Shown: positions 39,101 through 52,152, counted from the whole stretch's first letter. The stretch: 63,898 nt of DNA, filler included, from Choristocarpus tenellus KU-1152 (GCA_964200185.2; 11 parts of 11 records of this genome joined end to end with filler, not necessarily neighbours in it), one strand, 5' to 3'. Translations and numbers: made by a program. Notes: generated from the sequence alone by a model not told the origin.

Positions 39101-39340
39101 TATTTATATACATGTCCATTGATCTCTCTCTCTATCTCTCTAAGTTTGTAATTTATTTTTATTTATATACATGTGTGTGTACCTCTTTTTGTCAAAAAAA
39201 TGTTAATTCATTACTAGCTTGGTAAAGCCTACCAGAGGGCCTGGAACTCAATGGAGGTGGCAGCATTGGAGGCACTCTATATTAGACTAGCAGGGGCAGA
39301 GGATAGTCTATTTGGGTACCTCAACAGGGCAAAGAGACAG
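30298..39340 (+). CDS. Large multi-exon gene of unknown function with long AT-rich introns (partial). Candidate exons include 30298-30365, 31762-~31963, 34526-34629, 37257-37373, 37832-37898, 38116-38163, 38426-~38554, 39218-39340
   Basis: AG/GT-bounded, compositionally distinct open segments, e.g. VPELVVNLEAFMRRGDMFGVTQMEKKIQTWVRKME, PPYRDLKVEAVEDMKNWVMKNKDIQYERQSKLAKSWVFK and LGKAYQRAWNSMEVAALEALYIRLAGAEDSLFGYLNRAKRQ. Family not recognised; the exon chain is incomplete. Confidence 0.55.
30411..30598. repeat. Minisatellite AACACTTTCTCTAAACACTTTCACTT (26-nt unit made of two 13-nt subunits)
   Basis: About 7 tandem units visible. Confidence 0.92.
32475..32757. repeat. Compound (AAT/AGT)n microsatellite
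   Basis: Triplet-periodic tract that begins at a GT donor (ACCG|GTAATA). Confidence 0.95.
34113..34450. repeat. Two low-complexity tandem arrays: (GTTAT-rich)n at 34113-34265 and (CATAACTGTTT)n at 34358-34450
   Basis: Directly visible tandem units. Confidence 0.88.
38183..38410. repeat. 7-nt minisatellite (TTTGATA/TTTAATA/TTTGATG)n
   Basis: Directly visible; fills an intron. Confidence 0.9.
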
Positions 39341-39548
39341 GTATGTGAACATGTATGTGCTATTAGCAAATTGTAATAGACCCAAAGTATCTGGGGGNNN
39401 NNNNNNNNNNNNNNNNNNNNNNNNNNNNNNNNNNNNNNNNNTTAATTAATTAANNNNNNNNNNNNNNNNNNNNNNNNNNNNNNNNNNNNNNNNNNNNCTT
39501 GAACCCCCCTCTAAAAGTTCATCAACGGTGCCGTAATGCTCCACCAAA

Positions 39549-39723
39549 GGCTCAAAGTATCTGGGAGGGGGGGAGGGGATCTACACCAGTGTGTCCATTT
39601 GGGCCCTGGCCAGGAGAAGTGCACTTGAATTTTATGCATCATCCGATGCATGCAACCAAATCACCCCAAAATCGAAACATGGGCCCAGAATATACAGCCG
39701 CCACCCCCCAGATACGTTGAGCC
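39549..39723. mobile_element. MITE family B copy
   Basis: GGCTCAAAGTATCTGGGAGG ... CCCCCAGATACGTTGAGCC; interior homologous to 28056-28236. Confidence 0.9.
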
Positions 39724-39804
39724 CAAACCCTGCTCTTCAGAGATGCAAAACTCCCAAAATCATTGATGTTGAGATCCGGCGACTGCGCTGCATGTGTCAC
39801 GAGC

Positions 39805-40200
39805 TTAAGGTTTTATCCCTCCTCCATCTCTGTTGCGTTCAGCTTCTGCACCGTGCCCTTGGCAGTATGAGGGTTCGTGCCGTCCTGCTGTATGGAGGCA
39901 ACCTGATTCCAGCCAAGGCATATTTTCCTTTATCGCTGGCAACAGCTGCTCCGTGTACCACTCCAGGTACCACTTGGCGTTGACGGTGACATGAACCTCG
40001 TACTTCTCGCCCTTCATGTGCCACGCTGTAGTCCGTTGCGCCTCTTTTGTGACGCAAGCCGGGCAGATCCTGATCTTGAAAGATTCGGGCGCAAAACGGC
40101 AGAGATGAACATCATTTTGGGAATGCGACTCTTGTGCTGCAGCTTCGTCGAGACCACCTTTTCCTCCCCCGGGAACACGCGTACCATCTCTCACTCGCAG
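39805..40200 (-). pseudogene. Tc1/mariner (plant-mariner/DD39D-like) transposase relic with frameshifts
   Basis: Across frames: HKSRIPKMMFISAVLRP ... VTKEAQRTTAWHMKGEKYEVHVTVNAKWYLEWYTEQLLPAIKENMPWL ... IQQDGTNPHT, resembling the K.MF..AVARP / LPAI..KWP / IQQDNA.PH motifs of mariner DDD domains. Confidence 0.82.
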
Positions 40201-41106
40201 ATGAGGTAGTGTTAAAACATAGGCTATTCATCTGTTTGTTCCTTGACACGATACAGTTCCACCAGTCAACACTGTTAATTAATCTGTTACACTCTGGACG
40301 TTACTTTCACTAGTTCGTCATCACCACATCAACTACAATCTGAACACTGTAGTACAGAACAGTCGCTCTGCGTTCCACACAAATAGTATAGTATAGTATA
40401 CGTCACTTTAGTTGCATCACATATTGGTTCAATTTTGTTTTGTTGTTCTGTTTGATCTTATCAGCAGAAGAAGATGACAGTTGTACATTGATGGTTGATC
40501 ATTATTTCTTTCGCGACTACCATTGATCCCTTAAATCGCACCAAACTCACTCTGCAAACTGTGTACAAAACACACACAATGGATGTAATATAGTCAGAGT
40601 TAAAACCATCCGCGGAAACCCTTGCCAGCCAAGATAACAAGCCTCTCCAAAGAACATGGACTTCTTTCGTTGAGTATCACATGAAAGAACACTGATTCAT
40701 ATCTCATAATTCTTGACTGAGAGATCAATAACCTCAGTTACAACGGAATATAAGTTGCAGAGGTTCCCACCAACCAATAATATATATATATATATATATA
40801 CATTCCCTACCTACCTACCTCACACGGTTTTTGTAGCCTGTTGATCATTACAAATAATACAGTTCATACCATGTCAGGACGGGAATAAATTCCTTGAAAG
40901 CGGAACAGCACCATAGAGCGCATGCTGTAATTGATCGGCATCAAACACAAAAATTTCCACTTCCATTTTCATCACTTTCCTTGCACCTACGGGCGGTCTA
41001 ACGCCACATCCACTTGTCCTACTCACTCAATTTCTGTGGGATTGGGTTATATGCATAATTTCTGCAGTCATTTTATTCTCATCACTAGCGTCTATCATTG
41101 TACAGT

Positions 41107-41270
41107 AACAGCCGATTTCAAAAATTGAGGATGGGCTTGACCCAAAATTGACTGGGATAACGTATCGATAGTTTTTTTTCTGACGTAACATTAAAAAATA
41201 TATATATATCGATACGTTATCCCAGTCAATTTTGGGTCAAGCCCATCCTCAATTTTTGAAATCGGCCGTT
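41107..41270. mobile_element. Hairpin MITE (64-bp TIRs, 36-bp spacer), 4-bp TSD CAGT
   Basis: Arms 41107-41170 and 41207-41270 are reverse complements with one mismatch. CAGT flanks both sides. Related ends at ~27241-27260 and ~56250-56279. Confidence 0.88.
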
Positions 41271-41640
41271 CAGTGTTGTCATTCCTCCTCCTTTGAAATC
41301 TACCGTGCTTCGAAAGATTGTACATTGCCCTCTACCCTGAGAAGTAAGACGTTCGAAAACATTAATTACCTTATCGTAGCAGCAGCACCTTTCTTGCATT
41401 TTTCCAGCCGGGGTGAGGGAGGACAAATAGTCTTACTCATCGTTTTGCCCTGCAGCAACAATTTCACATCCAATAACTCAAATACGAAAGATCTATACCC
41501 AGAATATTCCACCAGCTTCAGCTAAAGTGGAGGGTGAGGCATTAAGGTGGAAAGAAAATGCTACCTCTATGCATGCCTAGACACGACAATGAACAAGAAC
41601 TCTGCCCACACAGTCATCCATGTGTCCCTCAACAAAAAAC

Positions 41641-41901
41641 GAGTCAAATTATCTTAGAGGGTAGAGTAGCGTCCTTTGCGCGTCCAAAATCCAATGTTGA
41701 AGTTTGATATAATTTGGGTTGTCGCATTTGTTTGGAAGTCTCCATATCCTTGTTCTAGACACACCTTTTCATAACATACTCATTTTACCTACTCCGACAC
41801 ATTTCGGAGTAGGTAAAATGTCATTAAAAAAAAAGTTTGGGAAGCCAAGCCTCAAATGGTAAAAGAGGGGAAAACTCCTACCCTCTAAGTTACTTTCACT
41901 C
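41641..41901. mobile_element. MITE family A (~260 bp), TSD AAC
   Basis: GAGTCAAATTATCTTAGAGGGTAG ... CTACCCTCTAAGTTACTTTCACTC with AAC on both flanks; homologous to 60885-61144. Confidence 0.9.
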
Positions 41902-43483
41902 AACACTTCCCTCATGTATTATTGCAACAAGCATGCTCTCTTCCCCCTTCTAATCTTCTGTGTTTATTTCTTACTATTAACTGGTGCATGTTGTCAAAAT
42001 ACACCCTGTAGAGGGTATAATGCAGCCTATTTAGCTATCCTTGGGGTGAATATATGCACTGCATTACACTGCATTACGTTCATAATACCCATTGCATCGT
42101 ACAACTATATCTGTTTCATCTATCTCATCTCACCCCATTCCATTAAGTACAAATTCTTTCCACATATCATACACGCCACCTACGTGGAGGGGTTGCCCTC
42201 TATGGTTCAAAAGATTGACCGACTGGGCCAACACCAACTTAGAGGTAGGCAGGTTTCAACCCCGTTGCATTCTAAGCCATCTTTCTGACCCTGTGCAATA
42301 CACATTCTATTTCATCGGTCTATGTACACAATAGTGATGCACAAAATTCATATTCCCCCTTTCCACAAACAATATGACACCACAATTCAGCAAACTTCTT
42401 TCCATAATGGTACAAGATAGCATATTGTTGCTCATTCTCGGGATCCTTAAAATGCAACCCTGCCTACCTCCCAATTGGTTTGACTCTAATACTACCCGTC
42501 ACGTCACACACATTGATCTGCCATAAAATACTAAGTTAATGAAACAAAGCACACTCCTCCTTCATGCTTCCACAACTTACACTCTCCACACAAAGTACCC
42601 ACATTTTTTAGAGTTATTCCAAGGGTGCACTTGCTGGCACTGTCAGAGTTCTTACATCTCCCTGACCACACTTAAGTGCTACATACAACAATTACTTCCA
42701 AGTTGTATAATTTCACAATAGCATATACAGAGAACAATTGGAGGGGTCATCATAAGAAAAGCAGTGTACTTTGCTGCCACTAGTGCAGTAGACTTGCCAA
42801 TCCACACATGCACCCTAATGCAAAATTCACATCCACCTACCATCCACACACAAATAATATTGAAATATCTCTTGTTACGTGCTTCTGGATATTGAGGAAT
42901 TCAATACCTATGATGTAATGCACACCATCACCCACTCCCTACATTTCTATCTTCTACAACATTATCACCATCTTGCTCTCTGGCAGCTCATCTTGAGCCA
43001 CAACCAAACAGTCGGCTGTAACTATGAAATAGACATTACATTGGCAATGCAATGTATTTGCATCATAATTGAAAAACGCCTCCGTGGGAAGCCTTTCCCA
43101 TGTCTACACATGCTGCTCCACCAATCACCTTGCCACCATGCATCGATTGACTGAAGTACAACAAAAACCCTGATTCAAAACGTCTGCACACAACAGTTCT
43201 AAGGTTCATAATCAGGTGGGCCCAACAAATCTGCTCTCATCTACAGGTAAAAGAACAGAACAGAACAGCGCAGTGATTTCATTGCACACACTCAATACCA
43301 CAGCACAAGCACTTGCTGCTCACTAAAATATGTCAGTTTGCATCTCATGCCAATTATCCCCATGGCGTACAAAGGGATAAAACCGATTTTGCAGCAAGCA
43401 GCAAACACCACACACAACTCCCGCTCCACCTTGCAGACCAATTTCGCCACCTAAGTTGAACTCTGGTTCACATTCAGAATAGT

Positions 43484-43585
43484 AAAGATTTATATACATC
43501 CCACTCACTTCATCAAGATCCACTAGTTCCAACCAAAGATTTATGTACATCCTGCTCACTTCATGAAGATCCACTAGTTCCAACC
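43484..43585. repeat. 51-bp tandem duplication
   Basis: AAAGATTTATRTACATCC..CTCACTTCAT.AAGATCCACTAGTTCCAACC, two copies. Confidence 0.9.
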
Positions 43586-44200
43586 ATAAAAAAGAGGACT
43601 ATCACACAAGCCTTTCTGCCCAAAACTATTAGGTATTCATGTGGAACACAAGCATGGTCAAGAGCTCCTCACAACAGCACACCTCATATACGCCGATTAC
43701 GTGCAGAACCCCTCTCACTCCAACTCCAAGAGTAGGTTATCTCTTCCACTTGATGTTGAAGCACCTACCAAGGCATTCCCACCACTCTCAAGTCCAAGAG
43801 GTTCTGATTAGAAACTCCTGCCAACCAACTTCTCAATTTCAGGCAATCACAGATGCTCCAAAGGATCTTATTTCCTCATCATATATACAACAAGGCAACA
43901 ATCAGCTAGCGGAGGATAATGAAGCAATACCCTCTGTGAGAAAGGAAGCAAAGGAAGGGGGCAGCAGTGCCAGCATGCAAAAAAACAAAAACTACCAAAA
44001 GTTCAAGCCCAAAACATGTTAGAAGGAACTAATTTCGTCCCTTTGGTTAACATCCCACATTTATGTGAGTTATGTACACCACCCGAAATAATTGAAATAG
44101 AGGAGTTCTTATGCTGCTGGTGAGGGGGGGAAGCTGACCAAGGAGCTTCACTCATCATGCACTACCTGATGGCCCACTTTCAATGCAACACTTGTTCCCC

Positions 44201-46405
44201 TTACACATTTGTGAGATGTCCCCTCTGACCCCCTCTCACACCCGTAACAACAGGGACACCTTGCGGGTCAAGCAAATCCCTCCTTATATCCTCACCATCA
44301 GAGCCAAGCCCAGATTTTTTGAAGCAACATAGCCTTAGCCTTCCAGGAGAAGGAAAGTGACAAATGGGGGACAGAGTGTGGGGCATGGAGGCGACTAGTT
44401 CAGAAGTGACAATTCATGCATGTTGGTATCAAAATGGTATGCAAAAATAGAAATAACACATCTTAAGTTGGAAGACGTAATGGACATGTCCAGTTGTTTT
44501 CCAGTACGAGGTATAGGAAATTTGCATTTGCCTTACCAATTTTCACTGCCCAGCTTGAGTTCAACTGCTAAGTGCAAATTCTGAAGCCCTCAACAATGGC
44601 AAGCACATAAAATAAATACAATCATCAAAAAGGAGGTGTTGGGAGGGGGGAGGGAAGTGGGGGGGAAATATACACTTGACAAACAAGAGAAGTGCACCAG
44701 ATTGTGCTCTCAAGACACATCCAAGGGATATGACATGGTCACTGTCACCAATCCTACAAAACAGTCAACGGGAGGTTTTCAAGATCTGCCTCCCCCCTTC
44801 ATCCATGTTCTTCCTGTTCAACCCGTTCATCAATTGAGGTTCACACCTGTATACCCCATGATGGAGGCCTTGAAACAATGGAATGAGGACAAAGGTGATA
44901 ACCACCGTGTAGATGGTCGCTTCAATGGGAGTCTCACCCCAGTCAAGGATGGAGTAGATAACATTGTCACCATCTTCATCAGATGCCAGATAGTAGTAAC
45001 CCACATTGAAAGAGATATAGATTGAGGCAAAGAGGAGGCTTGGCCACAACGTCCAGAACCGGTACTGTGTTGCCACCAGAAAGTTGTCCACAATCTACTC
45101 CATACCATATGTATACAGACAGAAGAAGGACAGGGTGGGGGGGGGGGAGGGAGGGAAGGAACTACATGAGATCTTAATATTGTGTCTCATGGAGATTCAG
45201 CCTCAATTGTCACTTGTGCGGAATTGCAACAAGGCGGTGGGACTCACAATGCTAAACACCAGTAAGAAATGGCTTCCAAGAATGTGGGAAGGGATAAGCA
45301 CGCATATCCTGCACAGTGAAATAGGATGCACTGTTGGAGCTCAGACATGTCTTACTATCATATGAATAAAATAAAAAGTTAGGTTTTTCTCAATCTCACC
45401 ATGATGAGGCTGCTTATCCCATGGGCATTGTAGTCGACAGAGTCCAGTTCCCCACCGTCATACTGTTTGGTGAAATCAACGGTACAAAAAGGGGAGCGGG
45501 AAGGGTAGTTAATTGAACGTACAACATTCGTCCACCACACACTACCACTGTACAATTTGCACCATAACAAAGACAGAGACCCTCTTGGATATACGGAAGT
45601 ATAGCGGAAACGAGTGCACTTGCTGATATAGGGATGTATCAATCAGCCAGTCGTGTACTACTTGTTCCAGCGCAGCAGACAGGTGCACCTATGCTGAATA
45701 ATGTGCCATATGTTAATGTTCAAAGTGCAGGTATTCTATCAAGCAGCTACCAAACACTGTTGAGGGCATAGAGGAACGCGACTACGCTCTATGTTGTCGT
45801 GCATATGTGAGTGTGCTCAACATCCTTGAGACCTTCTACAAATGGACCTTTCCTTCTCATGCCCTGTCTCTGCTCTCCACAAAGCATTGTATCAGAACAA
45901 AACAATTGTAGATGAAATGTCTGTGGGATGGAATTAGATTCCTACCAACTTCTGCTAGAGTTGCGGAAAATACGACAAGAAGTAATGCCCTATGAAGTGA
46001 ATACATACCCTCGCCTCCCTATTTACTTGCTATGAACGCCCTTCTGTTAGCAAAGATTCTTAGGACATCACAAAGCCTCACCAGGACACCCCAGAAAATG
46101 ACCAAGACGACAAGCGACGAGGTACAGGCGGTGTACCAGAAAACCGTCTGGACCCACCCCACTTGACCGCAAGACGGAGATGGGATGTTGTCACGCCCCA
46201 GGTAGTGAAAAGATGTTACAAAGGAGAGGAAAAAGTATATTATGATCACATACCATTGCCAAAAGGTTACAAAGATCAACGTTCGTCTGTCATCGAAGAG
46301 GGGCCAGTAGATGCCCCAGAATAAAGTATACGCAAACACTAACGCTTTGTAGAGCACAAACGCTGGCTGAGCAAGGAAACTGGACGTCGCAACAAGGAAC
46401 GGATC
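44201..46405 (-). CDS. Rolling-stone-like (FAR-17a/AIG1-related) multi-pass membrane protein, paralogue 1. Exons 46405-46082, 45462-45400, 45094-44847, 44339-44201; probable start near 46824
   Basis: In-frame exons with FVTFW, QTVFWYTAC..SLVV.VIFW, DYNAHGISSLIM, IYSILDW and LHHGVYRLR, ending in TAA at 44203-44201. The T.W / HG / IY.ILDW pattern matches Rost-like proteins. Confidence 0.82.
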
Positions 46406-47945
46406 CTGGCACAGAAGCAAGCGGAGGGGTAGGGGTGGTTAACCCGTTTGTTGGAGTGGATCGTAGAGTAGTAAGAATATATTAATATATGGGATTCTCA
46501 AACGGAAATAACAAACCAAATACCTAGCTACACTGATTGGGTGGATAGAGTCGTTGCAATAAGTTCTTGCCCCTAATGAACATTGTAAAAAGTGAATTTC
46601 AAAACAGTCAATCAAGCGTGGGACTACATGGTAGTGCATGTTACGAGAGGTTGTGATGGAAACACCAGTCAATAGGTAGAACCATTGTGTCTGATGCGAA
46701 AAATTGAACTCCTAGCTCAACCAGTCGGTCCCACAGCCACGCCGCACAGGGGCAGATAATCTCCACAGGTTTCAGATGAATCTATCGCTACATTTGCGTC
46801 AACAAAATCGCATTTCTTCTCCATGATTTTGTCAGATGGAGGTCATAACCACAACCGAATGGAATCTGAAATCTGACATTCTATGGAGACCAAACTTTCG
46901 GTTGTTGAAGTGCACAAAAGGTCAAATTGACGCAACGCACATCTGATTGTACAGAGCATAGCCCTCCCCTCGGAACCATGGGCACACCCCTGAAGTCCAT
47001 CATTGGATGAACTGCAAGGCGTCTTTAGGTAGTGTATTGGGGACTGGACAAGTCTTGTAGTTGCAAAAGGGTTACAAAGCTCAATATTGCTGTATATATT
47101 GGGGTATGTGTTTTTGTGTTGGTATGGATACTATTTCTACATCACATCAATTACTATCAATATATTTTTGCTTCAATTGTATTTCTTGGATTTCATTTCC
47201 TTCAAAAGGCCGTCCGTGACTCTTGTTTTATTGGTGTAATAAAACAACCTGGAAGAAAAAATCCGAACCTACTAACTATAGTTCTTCAGTTGGAGATATA
47301 ATCGTTTCTCATTTGTCGACTAATTGATTTTCTCAGCTACCCAACCTGCGATGAGAAATGGATTTGTCTCAAAACTCAAGAAGTGGATCAATTTATGTCC
47401 TTGCATGAGGCTGATAGGGGTACCTGAACAACATTGAAAACAGTCTAGAAGTCATCAGGTTTTGAACTCGTTGGTGTCCTAATGATTCCAAGGGGAGGGT
47501 TATGCTCCGTTCTATCAGATGTGCGTTACACGTTATGACGATATGGAAACATGCAATGTATACTTCGTTGTCCTCATCCTGTCAATTTCCTATTGAGAAC
47601 GATAAGGATGAGAGGATATTGATGGGAAGTGTAGCAATATACTTGCGTCCAACTTGTGTGGACTATGCACCTCTTTTCGGTTGGTTTCTTGTTGAACTGA
47701 CTAATCCACTAACCCATTCTTCACCTCTGATACTGCCCATGAAAATTCTCATGTGTATTTTGAAAATGGGAATTTTATTCCAAACATGTCCACTCCAACT
47801 AAGGACTTCTGGTATTTAATCAGTGGAATGAGGTGTATCTCTTGCCTACTTGTCTCATGCATCTGTGCAATATTCATGCTCATTTGCGATTCCTAGCAGA
47901 AGATAAGTAAAACCACCTCAACCAGTCCACCTCGTTTTTCTCCAG

Positions 47946-49718
47946 GAATCGTTCCTTGTCTCGAAGTCGAACGTTCTTGGCCAGCCTGCATTTATCCTGT
48001 ACAAGGTCTTATTGGCGGCTTACACAGTATTCTGGGGCATCTACTGGCCCGTCGTTGATGGCATAGAAACGTGGAAATTTGTCACCTTTTGGCATTGGTA
48101 CGTGATTATCATCTATTTCCTCCTTTCCGTTGTGACATCTTTTCGCTACCTGGGGCGAGAACGAGACGGCATCCCGTCCACGTCTTGTGACTGTCTTGGG
48201 TGGATCCAGACGCTGTTTTGGTATGTTGCCTGCACCTCATCACTGACGGTCCTCGTTGTTTATTGGGGTGTCCTGGTGAGTATAGATGATGACCTGAACC
48301 TTTTTGAAAGTAGAAGGACATAGCAAGTGAATGGAAAGGATGAAGGATGTCTTTGCTTGAGCAGACTAGGTGATTTTTCCACACCTCCTGCACAAGTGTG
48401 CTGAGTACCTCAAGCCCACCCTGCTGACATTCTACTGTTGCTCTTGCTCTATCCTGTTACGACGGTTGACAGGCGCAGGGAAAAGCAAAGGAGGTACATT
48501 TCAATTTATACAACAGTTCAAGGAACACTTGAACAAACACAAAGATCACAAAAAGGAAGAAACAACATAGTGTGTGACTGCTTGATGATTACCTTCATTG
48601 CCAACATTGCACATAGCACATAACCCACAGCTGGTTGTGCTCCTACTGCTTTCTTTTGCACAGGTGCAACTGTCTGCAGCACTGTAACTTGTAGGCCTGT
48701 TTATGCATACCAATCTTATCTTACACAGTCCTTCTGACTGAACCGACCTACCTGCAGCAGAGTCTATGTCACCTTCTTGTGCACCATGAATAGTTTTCTC
48801 ACCATGTTCTAACACATTACTTGCTATATCCTACAGTTTCCACTACCCCTGTTTGTACCATTGGTTTCACCAAACAGTATGATGATGGGGAACTGGACTC
48901 TGTCGACTATAATGCCCACGGGATAAGCAGCCTCATTATGGTGAGATTGAGAAAATCTAACTCCTGTTTCTTGTTTTTTGTTGTATGCTCTCAGAGCATA
49001 CACCGGCTCCAGCAGCATATCCCACTTTTGGCTCAAAGTATCATCTGGAGTGGGGGGAAGGTGTACATTTGAGGCCCATTTTTCTATGTCGCATTTTTTG
49101 GTTTTTTTGTTTGCATGTGTCGTATGGATAATGTAAGTGCACTCTTACTGTTCAGGACTCAAATGGACTCCCTGGTGTGGACCCCCCCCTCCCAGATACT
49201 TTGAGACTCCTTCGTTTGGGATATGTGTTTCTATGCCTTCTCCACTTTCTTTTATTTTTTTGTAACTGCCATTTTGAACTGGAAGTCTCCGTTCGTTGTA
49301 CGGGTGTTTTTGTCTGTTTCTGTTTCTGTTTTTGTGTTTTGTGACTTGCCTTCCACTCCTAATTCGCACCGAAATCTCACACGGGACTCTTCTGTGAACC
49401 TCTTGGCGTACCGTTACGCAAGTCACTTCGTACCTCCCACCTCTTCCCTTCCTTCCCACCCGCCGTGCAGATTGTGGACAATTTTCTGGTGTCAACACAG
49501 TACCGGTTCTGGACGTTGTGGCCAAGTCTCCTCTTTGCCCTGATCTACGTCTCTTTCAATGTGGCCTACTACTATCTGGCTTCCGATGAAGACGACGAAA
49601 ACGTCATCTACTCCATCCTTGACTGGGATGAGGACCCTACCACAGCAACCATCTACACGGTGGTTATCATTTTTGTTCTTCTCCCATTGTTTCAAGGCCT
49701 CCATTATGGGGTGTACAG
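47946..49718 (+). CDS. Rolling-stone-like membrane protein, paralogue 2. Exons 47946-48275, 48878-48940, 49471-49718; partial
   Basis: Same intron positions and phases and highly similar peptide to the minus-strand copy (63-nt and 248-nt exons have identical length). Confidence 0.82.
49155..49207. mobile_element. Truncated MITE family B end in an intron (inverted). Other isolated TIRs at 39379-39397 and 50100-50120
   Basis: CAAATGGACTCCCTGGTGTGGACCCCCCCCTCCCAGATACTTTGAGAC is the reverse complement of the family B left end. Confidence 0.75.
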
Positions 49719-50621
49719 GTGAACCTTGATAAACAAACAGGTCGAACAGGGAAGAGTAGATGATGGGGGAAGGCGTGTTGTAGAGTTCCACGTGGTCGCA
49801 TTGTGTAGAGGATTTGATGCCACCGCTGTCCAGTGCGGATGTGCCCATTTAACTGTTGGATGAATGTTTGACTACGGTATCTCAATAGCATTTACGAGTT
49901 TTTTGGGGGGGAAAGGGCACAATGTTGTCCCCCCCCACCCCCCCCCCCACACACACACACTTGATCACCATTTTTGCCTTTTTCTTGCAATTGCAACCCN
50001 NNNNNNNNNNNNNNNNNNNNNNNNNNNNNNNNNNNNNNNNNNNTTAATTAATTAANNNNNNNNNNNNNNNNNNNNNNNNNNNNNNNNNNNNNNNNNNNNC
50101 CCTCCCAGATACTTTGAACCTCATATCCCACATGAAATGATGATGCTTCAGTGCATCTGTTTGACCTGGCTCGTGAATGAAGCTTGCTGCATACACTCCA
50201 AGCATATGCTCCATTGCCGGGCTTAGAAAAAATATGTGTGTTCTCAGTTCTTCGCTTTTGCTGACACAAATCATCTGGAAACTTCCCTGAGCATGATGAA
50301 ACTACAACCTTTGGTGAACAACTGGCATAGGCTAACTCACTTTGCTCAGACTCAATGCTGTCATAAGGGTAGCCCATTACAGCACTCATAGGACTATGAT
50401 ATGTAGATTAAGAGGCAAGGAGGATTTAGATCATGGTATATCCATCCATATCTATTGTGAATGGAGATGGCTGCCTTGTTGTCGCTTGGGAGCAAAATGT
50501 CTGCCCTGTATTGATTACAAATGTCAAGTAGGGCATCTGCTACATGATTCCAGAAAATAGAGGGTACATTTGTGGTGCATAGAACTTACACTCACTCTAC
50601 CCTGTTGTGTTTCATACTTGA

Positions 50622-50807
50622 AACTCAAAGTATCTGGGGGGGGGGAGGGGGGGTCTACAACAGGGTGTCCATTTGGGCCCTGACCAGGAGAAGTGGACTG
50701 ACATTGTCCATCCAACACACGCAACCAAATCACAAAAAAAATGCGATATGGAAAAATGGGTCCCAAATGGACAGCTGACACCCCCCCCCCCCCAGATACT
50801 TTGAGCA
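50622..50807. mobile_element. MITE family B copy, TSD TGA
   Basis: AACTCAAAGTATCTGGGGG ... CCCCAGATACTTTGAGCA, flanked by TGA on both sides. Confidence 0.9.
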
Positions 50808-50960
50808 TGAAGGCACAAGGTTTGGGAACAAGTTCCTCCTTACTTGTCAGAGTGTGATGTGGGGTAGTATTAAGAGTTTTAAATACACCAAAGTGCAGTG
50901 ATAGTACATGATAGAACATGGTCAATGCCACCCGCTTGTTGAGGTTCTCAATCCTCTCAC

Positions 50961-52080
50961 CATCAGACCAGTCTAAGACGGTGGCATCACCACAGACAAA
51001 CTCAATATGGGGCCAATCTCTCTTTCCTGGAAATAGTTCTCTCGTTGCACTTGATTCCCACCTCTTTTTTCAAGTATAACACGATAAGGTTCAGAGCAGG
51101 TATCAGTTTTCCCATTTGCACTACTCAGCGACTGAAGCAGCTGGGGGAGCAAGCAAGCACACGTACAATGCAGTATCCGTAATCCAAGGGAGTTTGCTTT
51201 TCATGCATAGCTTTTTGTAAGTTTGTATAAAGCTATTACTTCAGCATATAGGAAGAGTGACTCTGCCTCTGATCAAGACAGTGGACAAGAAGGCACTTAC
51301 TGCAAGGTGATACCCCTCTGAGATACAATAGAGTTAAACCAACTGGAAGGTGGGCAAGGTTGCATTTTAAGGATTGCCAAACAGGGAAAAAATATGTCAT
51401 TTTGTACAATTGCTGAAAGAGCCTATGCTGATTTTTGGTGTCGTTTTGTATGTGGAAAGGGGGGAAACCAATTTTGCGTACAATAGTTTGGACATAAAGT
51501 GTGCATTGCACGGGGTAAGGGGTAAGAATGGTGTCTTGGAATGAAAATGGGTCCAAACCTGCCCGCCTCTCAATTGGTTTGGCTGAAAAGTATATCATCT
51601 TTCAGATGGAATCAACCAAGATTGCTCACTTCTTTGACACTGTTGCATAAATCATGCAAGTCAGTAAGGATCTCCAACCCAATGCATTGTTTCCAAGTGT
51701 TTTGAAGTGTGGCAGCAACAAATATTGGTATCCCTGTCCCGCAACCGATATCATAGAAGTTCCCTCCTTCTGCAAAGAATTCGCAGTGTTCAGAAGTAGT
51801 AGTGAGTGCACCATCACACGTGCTGGTTGCACAACTTCCGTTCATGTGTAGCACAGGCTAGTCAAGGAGTGGTGAGCACATCTTTGCAATGGTAGCAGGT
51901 GCAGACAGCATCATTATGCCCTTGGCAATTTAAATATACGAAGGACACATATACGACAAGTGTATCAATAGTAACGAAGTCATTCGTCTACTGAGGTGCG
52001 CACAGTGTGACTGTGGTCAACTGCAGGTACCACCGAAACAAAGCTCCATAGATACAAATATTCATAAATTGGTGTTTGTT

Positions 52081-52152
<72 letters not shown>

